DNA of 64,000 bases from Acidimicrobiia bacterium. Its GTDB lineage: Bacteria > Actinomycetota > Acidimicrobiia > IMCC26256 > JACDBD01. Positions within the stretch are counted from its first letter, which is position 1. Every line of letters begins with the position of its first letter. This document shows positions 36,546 through 45,747 of the stretch, one piece after another. The notes beneath the pieces were generated by a model that saw nothing but the letters and a program-made list of their open reading frames with translations, was not told where the DNA came from and made no database searches. The stretch spans positions 7,547-71,546 of the forward strand of contig DATFXL010000070.1 in the NCBI GenBank assembly GCA_035316025.1, in the 5' to 3' direction. Position numbers and translations under genes: made by a program.

Positions 36546-37616
36546 GTGTTCGAGCACCTGGCTGACCTGGAGACCGAGCTCGAGAAGCTCGAGTCGCAGC
36601 TCCCCGAGCTCTACGCGAGCGGGGACCAGGCTGCCGCGCGCGACGCTGGACGCCGCCACGCCGAACTGAAGCCCGTCGTCGACGCCTACCGCGAATACCG
36701 CCGGACCGAAGCGGACGTCGCGGACGCGCGCGAGCTGCTCGAGGGCGAGCAGGACGCCGAGATGCGCGAGTACCTCCAGGGCGAGCTGGCTGAGCGGGAA
36801 GCTCGCGTCGCCGAGCTCGAGGCGGCGCTCAGAGAGCTGCTCGTCCCGCGCGATCCCAACGACGGCAAGAACGTCATCGTGGAGATCCGGGGTGCCGAAG
36901 GCGGCGACGAGGCGAACCTCTGGGCGGGAGATCTCTTCGAGATGTACCGCCGCTACGCCGAGCTGCGCGGGTGGGATTTCGAAGTGCTCTCGAGCCAGCC
37001 GGCCGAGATGGGTGGCTACCGCGACGTCACCTTCGTCGTGAAGGGCACGGACGCCTGGGCTCGACTCAAGCACGAAGCCGGACCGCACCGGGTGCAGCGC
37101 GTACCGGTCACCGAGAGCCAGGGTCGGGTGCACACGAGCGCGGCGACGGTCGCGGTCCTCCCCGAGGCGGACGCCGTGGACATCGAGATCGATCCCAACG
37201 AGCTCGAGGTCGACGTGTACCGGTCGAGCGGGCCCGGCGGTCAGTCCGTGAACACGACCGACTCGGCGGTGCGGATCACGCATTTGCCGACCGGCCTCGT
37301 GGTCACCTGTCAGGACGAGAAGAGCCAACTCCAGAACAAGGAGAAGGCGCTGCGGATCCTGCGTTCACGCCTCCTTCAGACCGAGCGGGAGCGGCAGGCG
37401 GAGGAGGTGTCGTCGGCCCGGCGCGACCAAGTGAAGGGCGGCGGCCGTTCGGAGAAGATCCGCACCTACAACTTCAAGGAAAAGCGGGTGACCGACCACC
37501 GCATCGGTCTCACACTTCACGCGCTCGACCAGGTTCTCGCGGGCCAGCTCGACCCGATCGTCGACGAGCTGATCGCGGCGGAGCGCGCCGAGCAACTCGC
37601 GTCCGCGTCCGCCTGA
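36546..37616 (+). CDS. prfA: Peptide chain release factor 1
   Basis: GGQ motif (SSGPGGQSVNTTDSAVR), the PxT tripeptide context (RVPVTESQGRVHTS), and 356 aa. Confidence 0.95.
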   Translation: MFEHLADLETELEKLESQLPELYASGDQAAARDAGRRHAELKPVVDAYREYRRTEADVADARELLEGEQDAEMREYLQGELAEREARVAELEAALRELLVPRDPNDGKNVIVEIRGAEGGDEANLWAGDLFEMYRRYAELRGWDFEVLSSQPAEMGGYRDVTFVVKGTDAWARLKHEAGPHRVQRVPVTESQGRVHTSAATVAVLPEADAVDIEIDPNELEVDVYRSSGPGGQSVNTTDSAVRITHLPTGLVVTCQDEKSQLQNKEKALRILRSRLLQTERERQAEEVSSARRDQVKGGGRSEKIRTYNFKEKRVTDHRIGLTLHALDQVLAGQLDPIVDELIAAERAEQLASASA

Positions 37617-37619
37617 TCC

Positions 37620-38522
37620 GTGCCGACCTGGCGGGACCTGCGCGTCGAAGCCGAGGGGACGCTCGCCGGCGCCGGCATCGAGAACGCGCCGAGCGAGGCG
37701 CGCTGGATGGTCGAGCACGTCTCCGGCTTCGACGCCGCCGAGCTCGTCACCGCCGAGGACGAGACGGCCACGACGCGCGCCGCCGCCCAGCTCGACGAGC
37801 TCCTCGGGCGGCGCACCGGCGGCGAGCCGCTGCAGTACGTGCTCGGTTGCTGGCTGTTCCTCGGCCTCGAGCTCATGGTCGACCCGCGGGTGCTGATCCC
37901 CCGACCCGAGACAGAGGTGACGGCCCAGGTCGCCATCGACGAAGCCGTACGTCTCGGCGCCCGGCGCGGCCGTCCCGATCCGTGGGCGGGCGCGGCGACG
38001 ACGTACGCGATCGCCGACCTCGGGACCGGTGCGGGGGCCCTCGCACTGGCTCTGGCCGGCGAGCTTCCCGACGCCGAGGTGTGGGGAACGGATATCAGCG
38101 AAGACGCGCTCGCGGTCGGTCGCGCCAATCTGGCCGGTACGGGCCTGCCCTCGACGCGCGTCCGGCTCGCCGCCGGTTCGTGGTTCGACGCGCTGCCACG
38201 CAGCTTGCGGGGCCGCTTGCGTCTCGTCGTGTCGAACCCGCCGTACGTCGCCGAGTCGGAGGCGGCGGACCTGCCGGTCGAGTTGCAGCACGAACCGCGG
38301 CCGGCGCTGGTCAGTGGCCCGACGGGGATGGAAGCGATCGAGGAGCTCGCGCACGAAGCACCTGGGTGGCTCGATGTCGCCGGCACGTTCGTGTGCGAGA
38401 TCGCGCCGCAGCGAGCGGAGGCGGCGGTCAAGGTCGCGACGGCGGCCGGCTTCGAGGAGGTGCTCCTCCGTCCCGACCTCGCGGGACGTGATCGAGTTCT
38501 GGTCGCGCGGATGCTTGGGTAG
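37620..38522 (+). CDS. prmC: Release-factor glutamine N5-methyltransferase
   Basis: SAM motif DLGTGAGAL and the NPPY catalytic motif (VVSNPPYV). Immediately downstream of prfA. Confidence 0.9.
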   Translation: MPTWRDLRVEAEGTLAGAGIENAPSEARWMVEHVSGFDAAELVTAEDETATTRAAAQLDELLGRRTGGEPLQYVLGCWLFLGLELMVDPRVLIPRPETEVTAQVAIDEAVRLGARRGRPDPWAGAATTYAIADLGTGAGALALALAGELPDAEVWGTDISEDALAVGRANLAGTGLPSTRVRLAAGSWFDALPRSLRGRLRLVVSNPPYVAESEAADLPVELQHEPRPALVSGPTGMEAIEELAHEAPGWLDVAGTFVCEIAPQRAEAAVKVATAAGFEEVLLRPDLAGRDRVLVARMLG

Positions 38523-38532
38523 GGTGGCTCCG

Positions 38533-38766
38533 ATGGCCGATCGGGGGGACGACCTCGACGTAAACGCGATGCTCCAGCGCTTCCGCGACCGGGCCGACGC
38601 CGTAAGAGAGCGCCAACTGCCGCCGGTGGCGGGCGCCGAACGTCAGCGTTTCATCGAACAGGCGGAGGTCGACTACATGGATTTCGCAATCGTTGCCGAC
38701 GCCTCGTGGACCTTCGACGACGGTGTGTTGACCCTACGGGTGGACCTGCGCCCGCAGGAGTCGTGA
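38533..38766 (+). CDS. Small hypothetical protein (77 aa)
   Basis: ATG at 38533 (MADRGDDLDVNAMLQRF...). The stop overlaps the GTG of the next gene. No recognisable motif. Coding status is inferred from position and translational coupling only. Confidence 0.45.
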   Translation: MADRGDDLDVNAMLQRFRDRADAVRERQLPPVAGAERQRFIEQAEVDYMDFAIVADASWTFDDGVLTLRVDLRPQES

Positions 38767-39395
38767 GCTCCGAGCTTGACCTTCCGATCGTCGACCACCT
38801 GCTGTCGACGACGCGCGCGGTGCGAAAGCGGCTCGACCTCGACCGTCCCGTTCCGCCCGAAGTGGTGGAGAACTGCCTCCGACTCGCGATCCAGGCGCCG
38901 ACCGGTTCGAACCGCCAGGGCTGGCACTGGGTCGTCGTCACCGACGCCCACAAGCGCGCCGCCCTCGCCGACATGTACCGGGACGGCTTCGGGCCCTACA
39001 TGGACCGAGCGCGCAGCGGCTCGGAGAGCTTGACCCGCGTCGGCGAGAGCGCGTTGTGGCTGGCCGAGCGATTGGAGCGCGTTCCGATACACGTCATCCC
39101 GTGTATCGAGGACTACACGCGGGGGCGCGCCCACGGCGGGGTGTGGGCATCCATCTATCCGGCGGTGTGGAGCTTCCAGCTCGCGTTGCGCAGCCGCGGG
39201 CTCGGTTCGGTGCTCACGACGCTGCACCTCCCGCGTGCCGCCGACGCTGCCGCGCTGCTCGGGATTCCCGACGGCGTGCTGCAGGCCGGCCTCGTCCCGG
39301 TCGCGTACTACACCGGCGGCGACTTCAAGCCCGCGCAGCGCCGCCCCGTCGAGGAGGTCACATCCTGGAACGAGTGGGGTAAGCCCCGCGCGTGA
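38763..39395 (+). CDS. Nitroreductase-family protein
   Basis: GTG at 38763. Typical motifs: TTRAVRKRLDLDRPV, AIQAPTGSNRQGWHWVVV. Confidence 0.8.
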   Translation: MSSELDLPIVDHLLSTTRAVRKRLDLDRPVPPEVVENCLRLAIQAPTGSNRQGWHWVVVTDAHKRAALADMYRDGFGPYMDRARSGSESLTRVGESALWLAERLERVPIHVIPCIEDYTRGRAHGGVWASIYPAVWSFQLALRSRGLGSVLTTLHLPRAADAAALLGIPDGVLQAGLVPVAYYTGGDFKPAQRRPVEEVTSWNEWGKPRA

Positions 39396-39434
39396 TGCGT
39401 GCGCAGGGTGACATATCGGCTCCCAGCGCACGCA

Positions 39435-40949
39435 TCATGTGTCGAGCCTGTTGACCGTGCCGTCGGTGTGGAGGGTGACGCGCCGCCCTTCCCATGCCTT
39501 CTCGGTCATGTCCTGCATTGCCGACGGCTCGCGCGTGTTGGCGAGGGCGCGACGGCCGTCGGGCGTCAATGTCGACACGATCGCGACGGCCGGCGCGCCT
39601 TCCCGCTCGAACACGACCGCGGTGGCCTCGACCGTCGCCGGCCCCGAATAGGGCCCGGCGGTCGCTCGGCCCGGAAGCGCGTCAACGGCCGCCTGGGTGC
39701 GCGCGCCGTCGGCCATGACGAAGCCGCGCTCCGGCGGCGTGGTCGAGTAGAGGCCGATCGAGTGCTTGGTGACATACCACCCGAGCGCGGTCACCATGCC
39801 GACCGACCCCGGGTCGCGACGGCAGGCATCCACCATGCCGGCGATCGCGTGGGTGGGGTAGTTGTTCGCGGGACCGCCGGCGAAGCCGAGGCCGCCCGTC
39901 ACAGTGAGCGGGCGGGTGTCGCCACCGAGCGGCCCGCGCAGCTCGAGCGCGCTGAGCGCGATCTCGACCGCCGACGGAAAGCACGAGTACAGGTCGAAGC
40001 GCACGACGTCGTCGATGCCGACGCGGGCCGAGTCGAGGGCAGCGCGGCCGGCGGTCGCGATCGCCGGCGAGGTGTGCAGGGTCTCGCGCTCGCTGAAGAA
40101 GAAGTGGTCGTGCGCGTCGGCGCCCGCGAGCGGGAACACGAGACGGTCGTCGGGCACGCCGAGATCGCGGGCGAGCTCGTACGAGCACAAGAGCAGGGCG
40201 GCCGCCTGGTCGACGTCGATGTTGGCGCACATGCGCTTGAGGTACGGGAACGTGACAATCCGGTTGTCGGGTGTCGGTGTGCGGATCTCCTCGGGCGAGT
40301 ATGGGACCCGCGACCACGCGTACGGATTGTCGGCTGCGGTCGCCGCGAACATCGCCCACAGCTCGCTCACGTCGCGCTGGTGCTCCTCGACCGGGCGGCC
40401 GGCGTCGGCGCGCAAGGCGGTTTCGAACAGCGGATAGATCTGCGTCGGCGCGACGGCGGTGTGGGCCATCTCGTAGTCGTTCGTGCCCGCCCGCGGGTCG
40501 CCGACGATGTTGGCGCACGGCGGGTCGTCGGCCTGGGTCCAATCCAACCACACCTTCGGCTCGCGCCGGGCGCGCCACCGCGTGTAGACGCACTCCGCGC
40601 CGCCGATGAGCGCGGCACGCACGTCGCCGCCGGCGATGGTACCGGCGAGCTCGTTCACGAGGAGCTGAGGAGAGTTGCCCCCGACGGTGGTCGTCATCGT
40701 CGTGCGCGGCTCGACGCCGAGGCGACGGCCGAGGAGCGCACCGGGGTCCGGGTACTTCCACGACACGATGTCGACGACTGCGATCGTGTCGATCCTGGCC
40801 AGTACCGACCGGGCCGTGCCCGCGTCGGCGTCGGCGGCACGGGCGGCGTCGGCGAGCAGGTCGATGGGCTCGCGCGCCCGCGTCGGCTCCTGCGGGCGCT
40901 GAATCGCCTGTCCCACGCCGACGAGCACGGCTGCTCGGGGATCAATCAC
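39435..40949 (-). CDS. Thiolase-like protein lacking the nucleophilic Cys, with an extra C-terminal domain (TLP1-like)
   Basis: Thiolase-fold signatures (VLVGVGQ, GGAECV, TVTGGLGFAGGPANNY). TVGGNSPQ stands where thiolases carry the active-site Cys. There is a C-terminal extension of about 100 aa. I prefer the GTG at 40949; the ATG at 41012 would overlap the upstream gene by 52 nt. Confidence 0.7.
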   Translation of the reverse strand: MIDPRAAVLVGVGQAIQRPQEPTRAREPIDLLADAARAADADAGTARSVLARIDTIAVVDIVSWKYPDPGALLGRRLGVEPRTTMTTTVGGNSPQLLVNELAGTIAGGDVRAALIGGAECVYTRWRARREPKVWLDWTQADDPPCANIVGDPRAGTNDYEMAHTAVAPTQIYPLFETALRADAGRPVEEHQRDVSELWAMFAATAADNPYAWSRVPYSPEEIRTPTPDNRIVTFPYLKRMCANIDVDQAAALLLCSYELARDLGVPDDRLVFPLAGADAHDHFFFSERETLHTSPAIATAGRAALDSARVGIDDVVRFDLYSCFPSAVEIALSALELRGPLGGDTRPLTVTGGLGFAGGPANNYPTHAIAGMVDACRRDPGSVGMVTALGWYVTKHSIGLYSTTPPERGFVMADGARTQAAVDALPGRATAGPYSGPATVEATAVVFEREGAPAVAIVSTLTPDGRRALANTREPSAMQDMTEKAWEGRRVTLHTDGTVNRLDT

Positions 40950-40960
40950 GGGCGCCGACG

Positions 40961-41752
40961 CTATCGGGACGCAGCCAGCCCGTCGGCGAGGTTCTCCTCC
41001 AGGACGGGCCACACCGGCCGGGCGGGTGCCGCGCTGTCGGGGCAGATCGACCGGTACCGGCAGCTCGCGCAGACGGCCGTATCGGCGACGCCGGCGAACT
41101 CCCGCTCGCGCCAGATCGCCTCGGCCACGAGACGCAGCTCCTCTTCGATCTGGTCGAGCTCGTCCCGGTCGGGCTCGAAAGGCTGAGGATCATCGACCGC
41201 TTCGGCCGCAAGACACTCGTAGCTCAAACGCAATCGCAAGCGGCGCCGCGCGGCCACCGGCGCGAGCAACCAGGCCTGGAGGCGAGCCCGGGGGTCGTCG
41301 GCGACGCGGTCGCTCTCGTAGCGGCCGGTCTTGTAATCCCGCGCGTCGAGCAGCCCGTCCCGGATCCAGACGGCGTCGATCCGGCCCGTCGCCATGAACA
41401 TCGGCGCCGGTTGCCGGTGGAACCTCGCCCGCTCGAGCTCGTGACGCGAGTCTTCCGCTTCGGAAGGGCACCGCCGCGCGTGTCGGTCGATGTACCCGCG
41501 CATGACGTCCGACGTGGCGACACCGTGTGCCACGAGCACGTCGTCGACGTGGCCCGCGTCGAGACATGACCCCTGTCGGTGCAGGTGCCGCAGCAGGTCG
41601 TGGACGAAGAGCCCCTGGTCCGGAGAGGGCCCCTCGTCGCTGGCGGGGATCCCGAGCAGCTGGCTGCTCCGGAACTCGCGCCGGCAGCGATGCCAGGTGT
41701 CGACCGTCGACGGCGACAGCGTCAGGATCTCGGGCCGCAGGTCGTCAGCCAT
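40961..41752 (-). CDS. PD-(D/E)XK nuclease-fold protein with a Cas4/AddB-type Fe-S cysteine cluster
   Basis: 263 aa. Core GRIDAVW...LLDARDYKTG (D...D-x-K), one N-terminal Cys (HARRCPSE), and C-terminal CASCRYRSIC (CxxCx5C). Confidence 0.7.
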   Translation of the reverse strand: MADDLRPEILTLSPSTVDTWHRCRREFRSSQLLGIPASDEGPSPDQGLFVHDLLRHLHRQGSCLDAGHVDDVLVAHGVATSDVMRGYIDRHARRCPSEAEDSRHELERARFHRQPAPMFMATGRIDAVWIRDGLLDARDYKTGRYESDRVADDPRARLQAWLLAPVAARRRLRLRLSYECLAAEAVDDPQPFEPDRDELDQIEEELRLVAEAIWREREFAGVADTAVCASCRYRSICPDSAAPARPVWPVLEENLADGLAASR

Positions 41753-42473
41753 GCGCCTTGCACCCGGCGACGAACCGGCATCGTCCGCACTCGAGCCCGG
41801 GGCGGGGAAGAGGGTCGGCGATCCGACGCCGGACCGCTTCGAGTCGCCTGCCCACCCACAGCCTCAGCTCGGCCCGGACCGAATCGGCGTGTACCTCGAG
41901 GTCGACCATGCCCCCGTAGAGGAGGTCGGCGTGCACGAGCCGCACCGACCGTCCCGTCAGCCAGTCACCCGCGCGCAACAGCGCGAACCGCGCGTCGGGC
42001 GACGACAGCGGATCGCTCCCGTCGGGTGCGGGACCGCCGATGCGGAGGAGTCGCAGCTCCGGGCGGCCGTTCTCGTCCTCGACGGCGAGGCCGGCCCGCC
42101 CGACCAGCCGGATGCCCTCATCGGAGAGCCGCGTCTCCCATTCGTCGACATCGGTGCCGTCGACGCTGCGGACGGCGCGCCCTCCGAACAACTGCAGGTA
42201 CCAGCGGGCGGCGGCGCCGTAGACCTCGCGCTCCTCGGGCAGCAGGTCGGGCAGCGGGGTGAACGCCTCGGCCGTCGGTGGGCCGAGCTCGAGGTGGGAG
42301 AGGCGGGCGTGCTCCGTGATCTGGTTCGCGACTCGCCACCGCGCCGGTCCGACGCGGTTCCCGCGCCGGTTGTGGTATTCGAAGGCGACGCGCCGGGGGC
42401 ACAGCTCCTCGACGCGGCGCAAGAAGGCCAAGGTGACCTTCGGAAGCTCGTCCGGCTGCTCGTCACCCGCCAC
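41745..42473 (-). CDS. Second Cas4-like Fe-S nuclease-fold protein (catalytic motif apparently degenerate)
   Basis: GTG at 42473 ([18 protein letters not shown]). Has an N-terminal Cys (EELCPRR) and C-terminal [10 protein letters not shown] (CxxCx5C). Its end overlaps the start of the next gene by 8 nt. The upstream part of the 443-aa ORF is antisense to rpiB and is rejected. Confidence 0.55.
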   Translation of the reverse strand: MAGDEQPDELPKVTLAFLRRVEELCPRRVAFEYHNRRGNRVGPARWRVANQITEHARLSHLELGPPTAEAFTPLPDLLPEEREVYGAAARWYLQLFGGRAVRSVDGTDVDEWETRLSDEGIRLVGRAGLAVEDENGRPELRLLRIGGPAPDGSDPLSSPDARFALLRAGDWLTGRSVRLVHADLLYGGMVDLEVHADSVRAELRLWVGRRLEAVRRRIADPLPRPGLECGRCRFVAGCKAHG

Positions 42474-42632
42474 GGGGCGAGGGTAGGCGTCTCGTGTGCC
42501 ATGTCCGCGGAACCCGCACGACCCGGCCCGGCCGCGTCGTGCAGCCTGAGTGCGAGGGGCCCGCCGGTAGGCTGGCCGCGCTGCCGGCCCGTGGCGTCGG
42601 CCTGCCCCGGCGCCGGCATCGGGAGGGTGCCC

Positions 42633-43079
42633 GTGCACATCGCCATCGGCTCCGATCACGCGGGCTACCGGCTGAAGGAGCACTTCAAGGAGGTGCTGAA
42701 GGCGGACGGGCACACCGTCGACGACTTCGGCACGCACTCGGAGGAGCCCGTCGACTACCCGCCGATCTGCGCCGCCGTCGCCAGGGCCGTGGCCGGTGGC
42801 GCGGCCGAGCGGGGCATCGTCCTCGGCGGCAGCGGGCAGGGCGAGCAGATCACGGCCAACAAAGTCCGCGGGATCCGCGCCGCCCTCTGCAACGATCTGT
42901 TCACGGCCCGGGTCTCCCGGGCCCACAACGACGCCAACGTGCTCGCTATGGGCGGGCGGATCGTCGCCGACGGCCTCGCCGACGAGATCCTGCGCCTCTG
43001 GCTCTCGACCGTCTTCGAGGGTGGCCGGCACGAGCGGCGCGTGCACCAAATCGCCGAGATCGAACAGGGGGAGCAATGA
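42633..43079 (+). CDS. rpiB: Ribose-5-phosphate isomerase B
   Basis: GTG at 42633, preceded by [30 protein letters not shown], and an RpiB/LacAB fold of about 148 aa. Confidence 0.9.
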   Translation: MHIAIGSDHAGYRLKEHFKEVLKADGHTVDDFGTHSEEPVDYPPICAAVARAVAGGAAERGIVLGGSGQGEQITANKVRGIRAALCNDLFTARVSRAHNDANVLAMGGRIVADGLADEILRLWLSTVFEGGRHERRVHQIAEIEQGEQ

Positions 43080-44338
43080 CCGACCCGTTCGCCGCCCTGG
43101 CGGCCACCGATCCCGAGATGGCCGAGATCGTCCGGCGAGAGGTCGAGCGACAGAACACGACCATCCAGCTCATCGCGTCGGAGAACTTCACGTCCCTCGC
43201 CGTCCTGGCGGCGCAGGGCTCCGTCCTCACGAACAAATACTCCGAGGGCTACCCGGGCAAGCGATACTACGGCGGCAACTACGTCGTCGACGACGCCGAG
43301 GAGCTCGCCCGCGACCGCGCGTGCAAGCTGTTCGGCGTCGAGCACGCCAACGTGCAGCCGCATTCGGGCGCGAGCGCCAACATGGCCGCGTACATGGCCG
43401 TGCTCGACCCGGGCGACAAGGTGATGGGTATGCGCCTCGACCAGGGCGGGCACCTGACACACGGCTCGCCCGTCAACTTCAGCGGTCGCCTCTACGACTT
43501 CGTCGCATACGGCGTCGACGACGAGACGGAGACGCTCGACTACGACCGGATCCGTGACCTCGCCCGTCGCGAGCGCCCCAAGATGATCGTGGCCGGCGCC
43601 ACCGCGTATTCGCGCATCATCGACTTCGCTGCCTTCCGCGAGATTGCCGACGAGGTCGGTGCCCTGTTCCTCGTGGACGCGGCCCACATCGCCGGGCTCA
43701 TTGTCGGCGGCGCGCACCCGTCGCCAGCGCCGTACGCCGACATCATCACGCTCACGACGCACAAGACCCTGCGCGGCCCCCGCGCCGGGTGCATCCTGTG
43801 TCGCGAGGAGTACGCCGCCGCGATCGACAAGGCGGTGTTCCCGGGCCTCCAGGGTGGTCCGCTCATGCACGTGATCGCGGCGAAGGCGGTCGCGTTCCAC
43901 GAGGCGGGCCAGCCTGGCTTCCGCGACTACGCCGCCGGGATCGTGCGCAACGCGCGGGCACTCGCGTCGGGTCTCGACGGCGAGGGGTTCCGCATCGTCT
44001 CGGGAGGCACGGACAACCACCTCATGCTCGTCGACCTCCGGCCGTTTGGTGTGACCGGCAAGTTGGCCCAGGAAGCGCTCGACGACGCCGGTATCACGGT
44101 CAACAAGAACGCGATCCCGAACGACCCGGAGAAGCCGTTCGTGACGAGCGGGCTCCGACTCGGCACCGCCGCCGTCACGACGGCCGGCATGAGGGAACCC
44201 GAGATGGGGGAGATCGCGAGCCTGATCGCCACCGTGCTGCGCAAGGCGGGCGACGAGACCGTAGCGGGGGAGGTCCGGGACGCCGCCGCCCGCCTCTGCT
44301 CGAAGTACACGCCGTACCCGGAGCTGGCCGGGACGTGA
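43076..44338 (+). CDS. glyA: Serine hydroxymethyltransferase
   Basis: The ATG at 43076 overlaps the rpiB stop. Has IASENF, the PLP-Lys context [10 protein letters not shown], and GGTDNHL. Confidence 0.95.
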   Translation: MTDPFAALAATDPEMAEIVRREVERQNTTIQLIASENFTSLAVLAAQGSVLTNKYSEGYPGKRYYGGNYVVDDAEELARDRACKLFGVEHANVQPHSGASANMAAYMAVLDPGDKVMGMRLDQGGHLTHGSPVNFSGRLYDFVAYGVDDETETLDYDRIRDLARRERPKMIVAGATAYSRIIDFAAFREIADEVGALFLVDAAHIAGLIVGGAHPSPAPYADIITLTTHKTLRGPRAGCILCREEYAAAIDKAVFPGLQGGPLMHVIAAKAVAFHEAGQPGFRDYAAGIVRNARALASGLDGEGFRIVSGGTDNHLMLVDLRPFGVTGKLAQEALDDAGITVNKNAIPNDPEKPFVTSGLRLGTAAVTTAGMREPEMGEIASLIATVLRKAGDETVAGEVRDAAARLCSKYTPYPELAGT

Positions 44339-44355
44339 GCCGGCGGGCCTGACTC

Positions 44356-45570
44356 GTGGCGGGCTACTCGATCGTCCTGACGGTCGCGGCCGTCACCACG
44401 TTCCTGTTGACGTTCGTCGTGCGGCGGGTCGCCATCCGCATCGGCGCCGTCTCCATCCCCCAGGGCCGCAGCGTCCATGAACGGGCCACCCCGACGCTCG
44501 GCGGCGCCGCCATGTTCGGCGGGTTCCTCGTGGCGATGGCGGTGGCGTCCCAGATCCCTCAGTTCTCGGAGATGTTCAACGGCGCCACCGAGCCGCTCGG
44601 CCTCATGTTGGCGGCGGCGGTGATGTTCGTCGTCGGGTCGGTCGACGACCTCTGGGAGCGGAAGGGCGGCGTCTCGCCGCCGGCGAAGGTTGCCGGAATG
44701 GTGCTGTCGGGCAGCATCCTGTCGCTGCTCGGGGTGACGATGCTCTACTTCCGCGTCCCCTTCGCCCGGTACGACTACGTCGTCCTCTCGCCCGACCTCG
44801 CCCCCCTCGTCACTGTGCTGACGGTCGTGGTGCTGGCAAACGCCATCAACCTCATCGATGGCCTCGACGGCCTCGCTGCCGGCATCGTCGCCATCGCCGG
44901 CAGCGCCTTCTTCTTGTACGCCGACCGTCTGTTCAAAGCCGGACTGCTCGAAGGGTCGAACATCGCCCCGCTCGTGGCCATCATCGCCGTCGGCGTCTGC
45001 GTCGGATTCCTCCCGCACAACATCAACCCGGCCAAGATCATCATGGGCGATGCCGGGTCGCTGTTCCTCGGCTTGCTCATGGCGACAACGACGATCACCG
45101 TCGGGGGCCGTACGGCCGACCAGTTCAGCGGTCAGACCTACTTCTTCTTCGCTCCGCTCTTCATCCCGATCGTCATCCTCGGGATCCCGATCGTCGACAC
45201 GGTGTTCTCGTTCTTCCGCCGCGTGTACCGGCGCACCGCCTTCCACGTTGCCGACAAGGACCATCTCCACCACCGGCTCATGCGCCTCGGGCACACCACC
45301 CGCCGGACGGTGGTGATCCTGTGGCTGTGGACGGCGCTGTTGTCCGCCGTCGTTCTGCTCCCCACGTACACGAACCGGGGCAACGCCATCGTCCCGCTCG
45401 GCGTGGCCGCGCTCGGTCTCCTTCTCTATGTCGTGTTCCATCCCGGAGTCCGGTCGGCCCGGGATCTGAAGGAGGTCGAAGCCGCCGAGACGGCCGGAGC
45501 CGGCGACGAGGTCGTCGACCTGGTCGCCCGCCGCGAGCAACAGCGGCAGGAAGAAGGCTCGGGCACCTGA
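44356..45570 (+). CDS. wecA: MraY/WecA-family polyprenyl-phosphate N-acetylhexosamine-1-phosphate transferase
   Basis: 404-aa polytopic protein with NAINLIDGLDGLA and MGDAGS motifs. It occupies the position of mycobacterial rfe/wecA, just upstream of the atp operon. Confidence 0.85.
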   Translation: MAGYSIVLTVAAVTTFLLTFVVRRVAIRIGAVSIPQGRSVHERATPTLGGAAMFGGFLVAMAVASQIPQFSEMFNGATEPLGLMLAAAVMFVVGSVDDLWERKGGVSPPAKVAGMVLSGSILSLLGVTMLYFRVPFARYDYVVLSPDLAPLVTVLTVVVLANAINLIDGLDGLAAGIVAIAGSAFFLYADRLFKAGLLEGSNIAPLVAIIAVGVCVGFLPHNINPAKIIMGDAGSLFLGLLMATTTITVGGRTADQFSGQTYFFFAPLFIPIVILGIPIVDTVFSFFRRVYRRTAFHVADKDHLHHRLMRLGHTTRRTVVILWLWTALLSAVVLLPTYTNRGNAIVPLGVAALGLLLYVVFHPGVRSARDLKEVEAAETAGAGDEVVDLVARREQQRQEEGSGT

Positions 45571-45615
45571 CGAGCCCGCTGGCCTCGCCGGCGGCCTTCG
45601 GGCGAGACTCCAGAT

Positions 45616-45645
45616 TTGACGCCCTCCTCGGGCGCCAAGTACATT
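45616..45645 (+). promoter_or_regulatory. Candidate atp operon promoter (-35 TTGACG, 18-nt spacer, -10 TACATT)
   Basis: TTGACG at 45616..45621 and TACATT at 45640..45645, within a conspicuous AT-rich island. A second TACATT lies at 45651..45656. Confidence 0.5.
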
Positions 45646-45747
45646 GTGATTACATTCACAAGCTCACCGCGAGCGGAGCGAGTGGTCGTGACGGCACAAC
45701 CGGGGGCTGAGGGGCGTCGCAGGGTGCCCTGGGCCGAGCGACAGGCC

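Noticed and set aside
35118-37328. 736-aa ORF on the - strand
   Set aside because: It is antisense to the LLM oxidoreductase and prfA, both of which have strong family motifs. Its composition is low complexity and no motif is recognisable.
41012-41012. ATG at 41012 as the start of the thiolase-like gene
   Set aside because: It would overlap the upstream nuclease-fold gene by 52 nt and add a Pro/Arg-rich, non-thiolase N-terminus. The GTG at 40949 begins right at the conserved VLVGVGQ block. This remains unresolved without experimental data.
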